From positions 1-64,000 of the IMG/VR virus record IMGVR_UViG_3300037461_000951: a DNA stretch of 64,000 nt; one strand, 5' to 3'. The stretch's first letter is position 1, and each line of letters opens with the position of its first letter. Positions 20,193 through 31,325 of this stretch are shown one piece after another. A program made the position numbers and the translations under genes. Below the pieces are notes generated by a model. It was given only the letters and a program-made list of their open reading frames with translations. It had not been told where the DNA came from and searched no databases. The stretch is from a virus.

Positions 20193-21125
20193 TTAATGGT
20201 GGTATATTTCGGCGGTTTCCGTCACGATGTCGGAAATGTCATGATCCAAGTAAGTTTCTTGCATCACGGCACTGGCTTTATCCACTTGCGAATAAGGATC
20301 AGCTTCACGAATGGCGTTGATTAGCTTGTTCCCATAAAAAATAGAACTGATTTGCGTATCAAACAAGATCTTACTACGATCTGTTCGTGTGTCATGAGTA
20401 CTGCGCCGCGTCATGTGATTATACAAATCGTACATATTCATTGGGTAGAGTGTGGGTTCCAATACGGGTTCCACAAACTTACGCGGAAACGAGCGGGTTA
20501 ACACTTTTTCCGCTGCATTAAATGGCACTTCCACATCTAACCAACTTTGCCAAACATCGGTCACTTTATAACTGTTGTCAATCAATCGCCGCACCTTCGC
20601 AGCCAATGAACGAGTGGACCATCCATCCAACAACTCTCGTGCGTTCAATTTACCGATTTGATCTCCGATCATGGCTCCGTTCATACAGATCAAACGCATT
20701 ACTCCAGTACGTAGTTTTAATCCCAAACTACGATCATAAGAGTTGTATGCGTATAACTTCAAATTGGATTTATCCCCATTACCAATATCTAATTGGCGTT
20801 CTAGTGGAAGATCCATTTCAATTTGAATAGCGGCACCATCTTTCATGGAAATGATGTTCATTGTGCCTTCTTGATCATGATACAACTGATGATATGCATC
20901 ACTTAAAATATCCACTAATTCTGTATGGGGCACCACCACACTTTTCGCATTAAAAACTCCAAACAAACGATCATGATCTTTACTGAGTACGACTTTACGT
21001 TCACTGAATTCACGAAATTCAGTCACACTGGATTCTTTAAATTTTAAAAGATCTGGAAACGCTTGCAATAACGGCATGGTTTCAATGGGTTGTTTCCAGC
21101 TATCATCAATGTCAACAATATTCAT
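20193..21125 (-). CDS. DUF932/DUF945-like protein
   Basis: NSYD.S......G..RLICMNG motif. Confidence 0.7.
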   Translation of the reverse strand: MNIVDIDDSWKQPIETMPLLQAFPDLLKFKESSVTEFREFSERKVVLSKDHDRLFGVFNAKSVVVPHTELVDILSDAYHQLYHDQEGTMNIISMKDGAAIQIEMDLPLERQLDIGNGDKSNLKLYAYNSYDRSLGLKLRTGVMRLICMNGAMIGDQIGKLNARELLDGWSTRSLAAKVRRLIDNSYKVTDVWQSWLDVEVPFNAAEKVLTRSFPRKFVEPVLEPTLYPMNMYDLYNHMTRRSTHDTRTDRSKILFDTQISSIFYGNKLINAIREADPYSQVDKASAVMQETYLDHDISDIVTETAEIYHH

Positions 21126-21880
21126 GGGGACGACTCCAATTGTGGGGATAAAAAGTTTTCACATATTTATACCTTTTATAAAATGTTTTATGGCACCATA
21201 TATAAGATACTGCAACAATTTGGATATGCGGTTTGTTCAGCAAGGAGTTCAATCGTTTCTAATTCTCTTTCACCTCTAAATCCAATATTACGTTTTTCTA
21301 AACTGGTTCTCATCAATTGATATGCTTCTTCGGCATCGGTTGCTACGACATAACCAATACCATAAACAGGTTGATCTGCAACGGAATATTTCATTCCACG
21401 ACACGTTACTCGATATAATTTTTTATTCATAATCAAACCACATGAGTTCCATTAGTTCTTCAATTAAATGATAATATTCATTTCTATTTAATACTGTTTC
21501 AAAGGCACTATCACTCCCATCTTCAAAAATAAAATGCGTTTTTTCTGGATTAACAGTAATACTAAAAATTCGATTAAATCGATAAGTTTCAGAATCACTT
21601 TGATTGTGAAGTTTATAATCATTTTCATCTTTGATGAGCAAAGTCACAATTTCAATACCTCATTGATCAGCCATTAATATCCATAATGCAAAGTCTTTTG
21701 CATCTTTAGCAAATATTTCTACAACGGTTTCTTGATCATGCGCTAATAATGCAAAATCACCGTTTGAATCTCTTCGCATGATCAATTGACTATCATGAGA
21801 GGCTACCAAATGTGGTACATATCTTGGATACATACGATCAATGGCAGTAATGTCATATTTAGAAGTGTCCATATTAAATT

Positions 21881-22423
21881 CTAAGTTAATAATACATCAG
21901 GATCTGCATTTTGCAAAAACAACGAATACGCTAATAAAAACATAGATTTTTTACCTATCCTAAATACAGCATGAGGGTATGAATTCAATTTAAATAAATC
22001 AATACCGTCTTTACATAATCCCATCATGGGAGGTCGATTATTTTGTCGAAAAATGAGCATGGGGAGTTTTTGCGTGGCGTCACATTCTCCCAACAATTTA
22101 ATCCAATAAGAGATAACTCCACCTTTACTGGTGCCAAACACTAATCCGTTGATATTGATATTCACTTCATTCTGATGTTTCGCTTCAATGACAAAACGAT
22201 TGATTAAAACATAACCTGCATCTGTAGTAGCAATTAAATCACCGGCTATATGATCTGCTTGAATATTCTTTTGACGGGCGGTAGTGGCCTTACCTCCACT
22301 GGCTGGAGATCTTTCTAACACGTCATTATGCTCGCCATGAGTGAGCCATAAGCTTAACTCTTTAGCAAGCGTATTTTCTAAAGCATTACCTTTGGCTTTG
22401 GCTTTGGCTCCACCGGCTCTCAT
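21881..22423 (-). CDS. Holliday junction resolvase-like PD-(D/E)xK nuclease
   Basis: KG...E...A..LS, R.P.SGG, GDL, IEAK. Confidence 0.8.
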   Translation of the reverse strand: MRAGGAKAKAKGNALENTLAKELSLWLTHGEHNDVLERSPASGGKATTARQKNIQADHIAGDLIATTDAGYVLINRFVIEAKHQNEVNININGLVFGTSKGGVISYWIKLLGECDATQKLPMLIFRQNNRPPMMGLCKDGIDLFKLNSYPHAVFRIGKKSMFLLAYSLFLQNADPDVLLT

Positions 22424-23102
22424 TCGTCGTCCACCATGATGAATCATTTAAATCTAATTCTTCTTTAAAGAATTTTAATTGATCTAAATTAAATAATAGT
22501 GTGCCGTGTTCAGCCACACACGAGAGTTTTAACACATACCGGAGCAATGACAGCGTTTCTTCATACAACTGTCCGCTACGAAAAAATATCCGTAAGCCAG
22601 TATAACAAGTATTATCAGAGTTTTCAATGTATTGAAAAAACTTGGGAGCAGAACCCAATAATCCTTTTAAAAAACCTTTGATGACGGGAACACTCAATTC
22701 AGCGGGAAGCTGCTCATACGTATCAAAAATAAAACGTGGAATCTTTTCATAACCCGGTTTTAAATCTTGTTGTGGACATACCGCTAAAATAAACCGAGTA
22801 TTTTTATAACCACAAATTCTTGGAAATTTCTTTTTATTATTGCGAATGGGTCTTTCATTCCAGTATTGTGTGTAAATACTGCGTATCCGTTCAACCATTA
22901 AAGGAAAAAGATGACAATCTGCAAAATTGGTTTCGAATGTTTTAAAGGTGACAGTGCCGCATTGTACAATGTAACCAAACAGTTCTGCGATGTCGGGATT
23001 AAATTCCAATGGGTATTTAGGACGATGACGACGCGGAATTTTTTTGCGCGTCATCGCCATACTTTCGACATGATTAATGTAAGGTTGGGTAGTTAGATAC
23101 AT
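22386..23102 (-). CDS. degenerate LAGLIDADG-like protein
   Basis: Two helices IAELFGYIVQCG and FLKGLLGSAP and a KIP.FI motif; catalytic acidic residues missing. Confidence 0.55.
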   Translation of the reverse strand: MYLTTQPYINHVESMAMTRKKIPRRHRPKYPLEFNPDIAELFGYIVQCGTVTFKTFETNFADCHLFPLMVERIRSIYTQYWNERPIRNNKKKFPRICGYKNTRFILAVCPQQDLKPGYEKIPRFIFDTYEQLPAELSVPVIKGFLKGLLGSAPKFFQYIENSDNTCYTGLRIFFRSGQLYEETLSLLRYVLKLSCVAEHGTLLFNLDQLKFFKEELDLNDSSWWTTNESRWSQSQSQR

Positions 23103-24139
23103 TAATATTTACGAACAGTGGGTAAAAATCGAGTTTCAATTTCTTCCCAATTTTTAGCCACCACTTCACGAATTTGTTGCATGACTTTTTTATTAGTCTC
23201 TGAGTCTAACATTTTAATACTTTGTGCCAGTGTTGATTTTCCATCTTTGTATTCATTCCAAATGGAAATATCAAAGTCAATGGACTCTAACCAAGTCAGT
23301 AAGGCTTCGGCTTCATCCATGCCATAACCAAATAGTATTGGAAACTCTGCTTCACGAAATGGGAGTCCAATTTTATTCTTTTTACATTGTGCCTTTACTT
23401 GAATTCCGTACACCCGCTTTTGTTTACGTATGGTGCGATCCAATCTTTTTAATTGGGCCAACCATAAGATTTGGCTGGCATAAAAATCCATGGCACGACC
23501 ACCAGTACGACTCTTTGTCTCTCCAAAGCTTACACCAATGTTATCACGAATCTGTGAAATAATCATTAAATGAATTCTTGAACGTTCCATGTCTTTCACA
23601 CAACGACGAAACAACTGTCCAATAATCTTGGGTTTGTTCGCACCAAAAGTGCCTTTATCAATTTCACGATCTTTTTCAGCACGATCAGATAGTGCATCCA
23701 AAGAATCTACAATGTATAAACATGGATCTTGAGTTTTGACCATCGTTTCCAATGTTGCTTGAAGATGTTCAAACCAAGATTCTACTGTAAAATCAGGTAA
23801 TTTATCACCGGCAAATTCAATGGAACTGACCGGCATTCCCAAAGCTTCTGCATAATCTTCGTCAAATGCAGCTTCAGCCTCCAAATAAATAATTTTTCCT
23901 TTGGGAAATTTTTGGCGAAAATTAGCACACGCTTCAATAGCTAAGAGCGATTTGCCCGTACTTTTATCGCCAACGATATTACTCATTCGTCCCAAAGGCC
24001 AACCACCGCCAAGTACGCAATCTAGTAAAAAATTACCACTGGAAATGAATTCCAAGTTTTCTTTTTTGGTTCTAGCAAAATACAAACCTTGTTGTTCTTC
24101 TTCTATTTTGGGAGTCGCTTCTCGACGCTTGAGTTCCAT
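23102..24139 (-). CDS. recA: RecA/UvsX recombinase
   Basis: GG.P.GR, G..STGKS, VDSL, SQIRDNIG, GGRAMDFYAS, KNK motifs. Confidence 0.95.
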   Translation of the reverse strand: MELKRREATPKIEEEQQGLYFARTKKENLEFISSGNFLLDCVLGGGWPLGRMSNIVGDKSTGKSLLAIEACANFRQKFPKGKIIYLEAEAAFDEDYAEALGMPVSSIEFAGDKLPDFTVESWFEHLQATLETMVKTQDPCLYIVDSLDALSDRAEKDREIDKGTFGANKPKIIGQLFRRCVKDMERSRIHLMIISQIRDNIGVSFGETKSRTGGRAMDFYASQILWLAQLKRLDRTIRKQKRVYGIQVKAQCKKNKIGLPFREAEFPILFGYGMDEAEALLTWLESIDFDISIWNEYKDGKSTLAQSIKMLDSETNKKVMQQIREVVAKNWEEIETRFLPTVRKY

Positions 24140-24148
24140 ATCAGTACC

Positions 24149-24997
24149 TTATGCCAGTAATTTAGGACGAGTTAAAACAATGGGTTGCGGTACAATCCCT
24201 TTCATTGAGAAATCCGAAGCTTTAAATTTCGGACAGCCTAAAAGAGTTTCCTCACTAAATTGATATTCCAGTTCATGAGAAGGATTTTCAAATGGTTGAC
24301 AATGAATGATTTGTTTAGCCGTAGCAATATGCGATTGTTCGTCATATAAATGAAGATCACCAAATAACCACATTAAAGAACCTACTTCAAGATTTGAATG
24401 GGTAGCAAAATACAGTAATAATGCCCAATACTGTATCCAATTATGCGGTACACCTAATAATACATCTGCACTCCGTTGATAAACGGTCATGTGTACTTTA
24501 TGTTCACGAACGAAAAAATTAATTAATGTGCCATGACAGGTGGTAGGTGTTTGTGGATTATTGTTCATCTCAGTAATGTTTGCCATGTCATAAGGATTCC
24601 ATGTCGTGGCAACCAATCGTCGAGAATTTGGATTATTTTTAAGACCGTCTAAAATATATTTCACCTGATCAAATTGTAAATGATAAGTGTTCCCACTTTT
24701 TCTAAATTGATCTGAATACCCACCTCGATACATGTTTCCATAACCTAACTGTCCATCCCACCAATCCATGAGTTCTTCAGGACATTTAATATCTCCTGAC
24801 ATAAACCATTCCATTTCACGAATCGCTTTTTTCCATGCAGTTCTACGTACTGTCACTAATGGGGTGGTGTTTAAAGTAATTCGTGGATAATCGATGCAAG
24901 AAAAAGAATCAGAATTACGAGTATGGACACGTCGTCCTGCAACCATCAAATGCGCCAGCATTTTTTGATAAATAAAGTTGGATTGATTCGACATCAA
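24149..24997 (-). CDS. thyA: thymidylate synthase
   Basis: SRR, TCH (catalytic Cys), YQRSAD.LLGVPHN, DLHLY. Confidence 0.9.
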   Translation of the reverse strand: MMSNQSNFIYQKMLAHLMVAGRRVHTRNSDSFSCIDYPRITLNTTPLVTVRRTAWKKAIREMEWFMSGDIKCPEELMDWWDGQLGYGNMYRGGYSDQFRKSGNTYHLQFDQVKYILDGLKNNPNSRRLVATTWNPYDMANITEMNNNPQTPTTCHGTLINFFVREHKVHMTVYQRSADVLLGVPHNWIQYWALLLYFATHSNLEVGSLMWLFGDLHLYDEQSHIATAKQIIHCQPFENPSHELEYQFSEETLLGCPKFKASDFSMKGIVPQPIVLTRPKLLA

Positions 24998-25052
24998 AAA
25001 CTCCTAAAACAGTAAGTACGAAGAATCGTACTTACTGTTGACTCGCTAAGGA

Positions 25053-26117
25053 TTACTTATTACGATTACGTAAACTTGCTAATCTACTCTGTAAACCCGA
25101 TTTACTTGCAGGTTCTTCAACCACTGGTTCCTCTTCCTCTTCTTCAACTTCTTTGGGCGGCGGTTCTTTCTTAGCAAAAGTCTTACGAGTCGTCGGTTTT
25201 GGCTTTTCCAGTCCCAAAGCTTTCGCTACTAATTCTTGCAATTCTTCGACGGATTCAGCTTCGGAAACATCCACTTCCAAATCTAAATTTTCAATCAAAT
25301 CGAACAAAGCATCTTCGTCAAACAATGCCAACTCTGCGTATGTGGGAACTTCCACATCGGGAGTTTCCTCCACTACCTTTTTACTGGCTGTTTTAGCCGG
25401 TGCTTTGTCTGGAGCTTTTTCAGCGGGCTTAGATGCTTTTTTTCCACTGAAGACATTAGCAATGTGATCATACGAATGGAAAATCAAACAATTGGGTAGT
25501 GGATGATTTTCCAAAATATCCATTGCGGTATTATCTAATTCTACGGGACTGGAATTACGTGCAATCTTAACGGTGTATTTTGTTCGTGCGCCCGTTCCTT
25601 CACGGGTAATGTACAAATCGTATCCATCATCGGGATCATCTACATACAACAATTCACGAGTTCGTGAATCGGTAGATTGAGTAGCAATATCTTTATCTAC
25701 CGTCCATGGCATCGCCCACATTTGTACCCCTTCTTTGGGCTTGTCCCGGTCAATCAAATACACCAATACCCGCTTAACACTGCGCAATTCTTTGGCGTAC
25801 TCATCATCCCCTTCTGCCGTTGCTGCTTCACACGCTTCGGTAATGGGATCAGGTTCCCCTTTCATCCGCTTCAAATCTAAAAACGCAGAACTGTCCGGTC
25901 CCACATTGTAATGAACAAAAATATCTAAACCGAAATGTTCGGCATCATCCCATGTGGCTGGAAGAATACGGATACAATTTTCACCATCACTGGGTTTCCA
26001 CATACTGACGTGATCCGTTAGATACGAATCACGTAAGTTGCCCCATTGTTCGGAACGCTTTTTATTGGCTTCAAAAGAACGCTTTTTGAAGTTAAGTTTA
26101 CGATCAGTCTTTGGCAT
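25053..26117 (-). CDS. single-stranded DNA-binding protein (gp32-like)
   Basis: G.N.IRILP, D.DDGYDL.I.R.G.G..TKY core; long acidic/Lys-rich tail. Confidence 0.8.
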   Translation of the reverse strand: MPKTDRKLNFKKRSFEANKKRSEQWGNLRDSYLTDHVSMWKPSDGENCIRILPATWDDAEHFGLDIFVHYNVGPDSSAFLDLKRMKGEPDPITEACEAATAEGDDEYAKELRSVKRVLVYLIDRDKPKEGVQMWAMPWTVDKDIATQSTDSRTRELLYVDDPDDGYDLYITREGTGARTKYTVKIARNSSPVELDNTAMDILENHPLPNCLIFHSYDHIANVFSGKKASKPAEKAPDKAPAKTASKKVVEETPDVEVPTYAELALFDEDALFDLIENLDLEVDVSEAESVEELQELVAKALGLEKPKPTTRKTFAKKEPPPKEVEEEEEEPVVEEPASKSGLQSRLASLRNRNK

Positions 26118-26164
26118 TGCAGTATCTCTTTAAAATTGATGGGTTACTAAACAATTATACCTAT

Positions 26165-26701
26165 TTAAGTTCGCCGTTTTAACAAATCTTTAAACGGTTT
26201 ACGATTTTCAGCTAACTTAGCTCTTTGCATTTCATATTGAACATCTTCAGTTCCTCCTTTAATCGATTCCGTATTAAAATAATTGGCTTTCCATAATTCT
26301 GCCATTTCTTTAATCATATAACCTCGTGCGTTATAAGCATCTTTTAATGCTGCCCACACGTCGGTTTCCCATTTAGCACGAAGATATCGTTTAGAATCTT
26401 CTCGATAATCTTCATCTAACAATGTAAGTTGTTTTACTAAATCTTCAGTTAGTTTGCGACCTTCTTCAGTGGCTTGCTCACGAATCCGTAAACTGTTTCG
26501 AGCATAAGATTCTTCCATGCGTTTTTTTGCTTCATCTCGAATGGATGAATAGTGCGCTACTCTTTCACTGACATTAAAAAACAATTCCCCATGATGGAGT
26601 ATTGCAGTATCTAACTCATGTTTGTTAAATTTTAATCCTTCTTTGCATTGTTCATATAAATATTCATCTATTAAATCTTGTTGCGTTACCCATTGTTCCA
26701 T
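26165..26701 (-). CDS. UvsY-like recombination mediator
   Basis: Helical 178 aa with KLTE..V and A...R.YM pattern; next to SSB and RecA. Confidence 0.55.
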   Translation of the reverse strand: MEQWVTQQDLIDEYLYEQCKEGLKFNKHELDTAILHHGELFFNVSERVAHYSSIRDEAKKRMEESYARNSLRIREQATEEGRKLTEDLVKQLTLLDEDYREDSKRYLRAKWETDVWAALKDAYNARGYMIKEMAELWKANYFNTESIKGGTEDVQYEMQRAKLAENRKPFKDLLKRRT

Positions 26702-27648
26702 TATTCGTCTCCAAAAATGAGTTCACCCAATGAAAGTAATAAAGGTGCAAATTTTTCACTGGAATTGTAAGGACGACTAAAAGCATTCATTACATTTAAT
26801 ACTTTTAATGCATCACCATCAGATCGAGCATTCATTGCTACCTTTGCCATATAATTCATAATAATTAATCGAATCGATTCTGGATTTTGTGATTGTAAAG
26901 AGTTAACTATACGGATGGTGTTTTTCCAAGTGGGTCGAACTTTACCCACCAGCAAACGACACAATTCAATGACTTCACCTTCTTCATCAGGTTCTTCTAA
27001 AACACTCCGAACGTCTTCAATGGAAGAACAACCACGACATTTCGATAAATATGTGAGTGCGCGACGAGGACTGCCTTGAGCGGTTTGTGCAATAACACTT
27101 AAAGATTTTTCATTCAGTTTAATATTTTCAGCATCTGCCACAACGCTGACTAATTCCATTAGTGCATCAATGGACACATCACGAAGATGATAAGTGTGAC
27201 AACGAGTCTTAATGGTATCGGGAACTTTGTCCGCTTCTGTAGTACAGAATGCAAAATACACATGCTTTGGCGGCTCTTCAATGGTTTTTAAAAAAGCCTG
27301 CCATGCAGATTTTGTACACGCATGGGCTTCATCGATAATGATGTATTTTAAAGGATTTGTACCAAAAGTAGCATAATCTAAACGTGCTACTAATTCACGA
27401 ATATCTTCGACTTTACCAAAAGATGCCGCATCAATTTCTAAAATGTTTTCATAGTCGCACCCCAACATGGTTGCGACAATACGCGCACAAGTCGTTTTTC
27501 CGCACCCAGAGCTACCTGTAAATAAATATGCATGAGGATATGTTTTTTGTTCAAATAAAGATTTTAATGATTGAACAACATGATCCTGTCCAATCATTTC
27601 ATCGAATGTTTCGGGACGATATTTCACATGTAAATCTTGATTACTCAT
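26701..27648 (-). CDS. dnaX: clamp loader AAA+ subunit (DnaX/RFC-like)
   Basis: KYRP..FDE.IGQ, GCGKTT, IIDEAH, LKTIEEPP, TIKTRC, GSPR. Confidence 0.92.
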   Translation of the reverse strand: MSNQDLHVKYRPETFDEMIGQDHVVQSLKSLFEQKTYPHAYLFTGSSGCGKTTCARIVATMLGCDYENILEIDAASFGKVEDIRELVARLDYATFGTNPLKYIIIDEAHACTKSAWQAFLKTIEEPPKHVYFAFCTTEADKVPDTIKTRCHTYHLRDVSIDALMELVSVVADAENIKLNEKSLSVIAQTAQGSPRRALTYLSKCRGCSSIEDVRSVLEEPDEEGEVIELCRLLVGKVRPTWKNTIRIVNSLQSQNPESIRLIIMNYMAKVAMNARSDGDALKVLNVMNAFSRPYNSSEKFAPLLLSLGELIFGDE

Positions 27649-28293
27649 CGCTATCGTGCCTTAGTCTGCCTAAATTAGTGTCAAAAATATCTATTTTAGT
27701 AACCGTTGCATCACAATGATGGCGCAACCAATGATCAAAACTTTCGGTACAGTGATTGGGCGGATAATGATCAAGCATTTGTTTATATTCTATTTCAGGG
27801 TCTATCTCTTTTGGTATCATTAATGGAATACATCTTGAATTTGATCCATAAAAATCTGGATCGAAAACAATCAATAGTTTAGTATTACTCATGCTTAATT
27901 AGATCCTTGTAGTGAGTATTGGCACAATCTAAAAGTAATTGCATCGAATCATTAAAACTCTTATTACTTTTTACTTTGCTTAATGCCGCTAACACTGGGA
28001 TAACGGCATTAATATCTTGATCAAATGCCTGATATAAAATTGCCACGCATTCTTTGGCGGCTTTATTATTTATCGACATCTAAGATATACCAACTTACGA
28101 TATTAACAAAATCTGCTTGTACAGCATCTTCAATGAGAGCTTCAATTTCTTCTTCAGAAAGTTCTTCCAATTCACTTTCATCAATCGTCGTTTCATGAGG
28201 GCCGTTGTTAACATAACCATCATCGACTTTCCACGTCACTTTCATAAAACATCTCCAATAAGTTTTAACAAACAAGTAGATTTTAAAACATAC

Positions 28294-28659
28294 CTATTTA
28301 AAATTAGTGTTTTGACAATTATAGCAGTAATGATGAGTAATTTCTTTTTTTCTTTCCCAACAATTGAATGGTGTTGGTTCACTACACACGATTTCATTTT
28401 TATACAGTTGATAACGAGTGACGCCATCACATTCATGTAAAATAAGAATTGTTAAATGCTGTTCGTGTTTAAAATAATCAATTTCATTAAGAGCTTTATG
28501 AAAATCTTGTACCAAGTGATTCCAAGTTCCATAAAATTTTTGTTCAGATTTACTACTGGCACAACTATCAAAATTTACAGAATCTTTATATTTTTCTTTT
28601 AACCAATTCGGCCATTGAATACTATAATCATTGGTAACAAATGTGGATCTAAATCCCAT
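28294..28659 (-). CDS. hypothetical protein
   Basis: ATG (MGFRSTF) preceded by GAGG. Confidence 0.5.
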   Translation of the reverse strand: MGFRSTFVTNDYSIQWPNWLKEKYKDSVNFDSCASSKSEQKFYGTWNHLVQDFHKALNEIDYFKHEQHLTILILHECDGVTRYQLYKNEIVCSEPTPFNCWERKKEITHHYCYNCQNTNFK

Positions 28660-28726
28660 GGTACACCTCAGTTTGATCCGTAATGACTGCAACTCGGTGG
28701 AGTTGCAGTTTACCATGAATCACGTA

Positions 28727-30673
28727 TCAAGTAAAGTCATAAAGCTTCGTAAAGTCTTGTAATTCATTAGGAACATGATGAAATTCAGTAGATTTAAATG
28801 TACCGATTTCTTCTTGATCAAACCAATTTTTTCCACACGTCATTTCTACTGCAATGGGTACATTGATAAATGGAAATGGAACTTTACACATTTCTTCAGC
28901 AATGAGCGGAATCGCGTCTTCCAAATCATCATCATGCACATAAGATGTCACATCATCGTGAATAATCATCACTGTTTGAATGCCCAATCGATCTAAACGG
29001 CATAAAGCATCTAAACAAATATCAGATGCGAATCCTTGAATGGAAGCATTCAACACGGCATTCATTGTCATGGGAGCATGACGCCGTCTTCCAGTCAGCG
29101 TTTCCACATATCCCAATTTATCATACCTACTTAAAATCCATTTTTGCCAACGTTTGACACCCCGAAAGGTTCGCCAAAAATCACGAAAAATGTCTTGTAC
29201 GATATCTAATGGAACACCAATTCCTTTGGAAATAGAATTGGGACTGGCTCCATAAAAAGCGGGAAATACCCATAAGTTCTTCACTTTAGCTCTGAACTTT
29301 TTCATTGCCGCTTTATCATTCAGCTTGGATTGTCCACCTACTACTTTTGGATATTCTTCAGCAATGCGTTTGGCCCACTCCATGTGAACATCGTAATCTT
29401 CCCATAAAGCTTTACAAAATTCTTCATCTTGACTTGCCACACCAATAATTCGCGCTTCAATTTGTCCGTAATCTGAACACACCATCCAATGATCTTTTGG
29501 TACACCAATCATTCGACGTAATTCTTTTCCTGTTTTTGAAGGTACGTTTTGGAGATTAGGATCTGATGAACTCAATCGACCCGTACTGGTTTCATACAAA
29601 TTAAAATTGGTATGAATTCTATCATCCGCTAATACATACTGCGGATACGGTTCAATATATGTGGAAATTTTTTTACTGATTCCACGGTAATCTAATATTT
29701 TTTGAGCCAGTTCAACATCCGTCAGAGTGGATAGTACGGATTCATCGGTACTGTATTTACCTGTATCTTTTTGTAATTCATGATCCAATCCCATGATATT
29801 TTTTAAACATCTTAATACGTGATCAGGAGATCCTGGATTGAATGCCAATCCGAAACGTTCATGAAATTGTTTTACTTCTGGTAATTGTTGAATGCCATTT
29901 TCAATTTCTGCTAATTCATCTTTGAATTGTTTCGCTAATTCAGCATGATTGTTATAATCTAAAACCACACCTCGACACTGGGTAGCAGTTAAACTCGCAG
30001 CAGCCGTTAATAACATCTTATAAATTTTATATAATTTCGCTTCTGGCTTTATTAACTTATCTTGTTGATAAAATAATTGTAATGTCCATTTTGAATCTAA
30101 TCCATTGTACGGAAGTATTTTTTCCAATGGATAACTTTCCATACGAGCACGATCTAAATTAGACAATTCTTTTAACCAAAAACCAAAATAGACTCTTATT
30201 AATGAGTCTAAATTCAGCATACCACGACGTTCATCCAGTACATACGCTTGTGCTTGAGTATCTTCCCAAGGACCGTCATACAATAAATCTAAACCAAAAC
30301 GTTCGGCAGTCCACTCCATTTCAAACTTGACATTATGACAAATCTTTTTAACAGCACTTTTAAAGAAAGTTTTTAATGCTTTTTTCAATGTGGCTAGTTG
30401 TTCACTAGACCAAGCATTTTTATATTCAATCGGAAATGCACAAGATTTATGTTGATTGGCAATAGCAATGGTAAGTAGTCTGGAATCGACTTCAAAAGGT
30501 CGTAAACAATTGGTTTCATAGTCAAAGGCTACATACTCATTATTCGAAAATTCAGTGAGCCAATTTAAAACTTTTTTAAGTTCTTTATCTGATTTTAAAC
30601 CTTCACTCCATTGAACATGATCTAAAAACCCGGATTCGATCAGCGTCGGAGATGTGGTTAACAAATTCTTCAT
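28727..30673 (-). CDS. polA: family A DNA polymerase with 3'-5' exonuclease
   Basis: Exo motifs FDYET, HN.KFE, YNGLD; TGRLSS.DPNLQN, DYGQIEAR, FYG, IHDD. Confidence 0.95.
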   Translation of the reverse strand: MKNLLTTSPTLIESGFLDHVQWSEGLKSDKELKKVLNWLTEFSNNEYVAFDYETNCLRPFEVDSRLLTIAIANQHKSCAFPIEYKNAWSSEQLATLKKALKTFFKSAVKKICHNVKFEMEWTAERFGLDLLYDGPWEDTQAQAYVLDERRGMLNLDSLIRVYFGFWLKELSNLDRARMESYPLEKILPYNGLDSKWTLQLFYQQDKLIKPEAKLYKIYKMLLTAAASLTATQCRGVVLDYNNHAELAKQFKDELAEIENGIQQLPEVKQFHERFGLAFNPGSPDHVLRCLKNIMGLDHELQKDTGKYSTDESVLSTLTDVELAQKILDYRGISKKISTYIEPYPQYVLADDRIHTNFNLYETSTGRLSSSDPNLQNVPSKTGKELRRMIGVPKDHWMVCSDYGQIEARIIGVASQDEEFCKALWEDYDVHMEWAKRIAEEYPKVVGGQSKLNDKAAMKKFRAKVKNLWVFPAFYGASPNSISKGIGVPLDIVQDIFRDFWRTFRGVKRWQKWILSRYDKLGYVETLTGRRRHAPMTMNAVLNASIQGFASDICLDALCRLDRLGIQTVMIIHDDVTSYVHDDDLEDAIPLIAEEMCKVPFPFINVPIAVEMTCGKNWFDQEEIGTFKSTEFHHVPNELQDFTKLYDFT

Positions 30674-30688
30674 GATTAATCTCCGATA

Positions 30689-31315
30689 TTAAACTGATTC
30701 AAATAATGTTTTAAAATCAAAGACAAAAATGTGATCCCATTCAGTTTGAATAACATTGCCAGTAGAAGAAATTCGTTGTCTAAATGCTATATCTTTTGGA
30801 TGGTACATGGGATATAACCAACAAACATGTTGTCCAATCTTACCGGGTACAAAACGTCCACGCCATTTAGCAACATCTGATTGTTGTATTGTCCATTGTA
30901 GTGCAACCGTTCCCAATGGAATCACAATTGCAGGTTTTGCTTTTTCAATATCAGCAATGATAGAATTTCTACAACACTCAATTTCAACTTCATGAGGCTT
31001 TCGATTTGAAGGCGGGGCTGATCGAACAATTGTGTTAAATCGAACATGATCACGCCATTTAGCAGGAATTTGCTTTTTGATCATTTCTCCTAATTCACCA
31101 CTAAAGATTTGTTGATTTTTTTCATCTTCATAGTCGGGAGCATCCCCTAAAAAATAAAAAGCTGGATGCTCTGAACCGTTGGGTGGTAAATCGGGATGTT
31201 TTGCTTCCTTTTTTAAAGGACAAACTCGACAACCTAATTCACGAGCAGCATTGAGAGGGATCGTTTTCTTTTGTTTAGATTTACTTTCATTTGCTTCAGC
31301 AAAGAAAAAACCCAT
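30689..31315 (-). CDS. uracil-DNA glycosylase family 4-like protein (SPO1 polymerase N-terminal type)
   Basis: CRVCPL, GDAP, PP.NRKP...E...C, LG..A, YHP. Confidence 0.85.
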   Translation of the reverse strand: MGFFFAEANESKSKQKKTIPLNAARELGCRVCPLKKEAKHPDLPPNGSEHPAFYFLGDAPDYEDEKNQQIFSGELGEMIKKQIPAKWRDHVRFNTIVRSAPPSNRKPHEVEIECCRNSIIADIEKAKPAIVIPLGTVALQWTIQQSDVAKWRGRFVPGKIGQHVCWLYPMYHPKDIAFRQRISSTGNVIQTEWDHIFVFDFKTLFESV

Positions 31316-31325
31316 TGCTGGCCCC

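Noticed and set aside
24149-24997. dCMP/dUMP hydroxymethylase supplying a base for the glycosyltransferase
   Set aside because: It retains RSAD.LLGVP.N with the dUMP-specifying Asn and looks like ordinary ThyA; not fully excluded without a phylogeny
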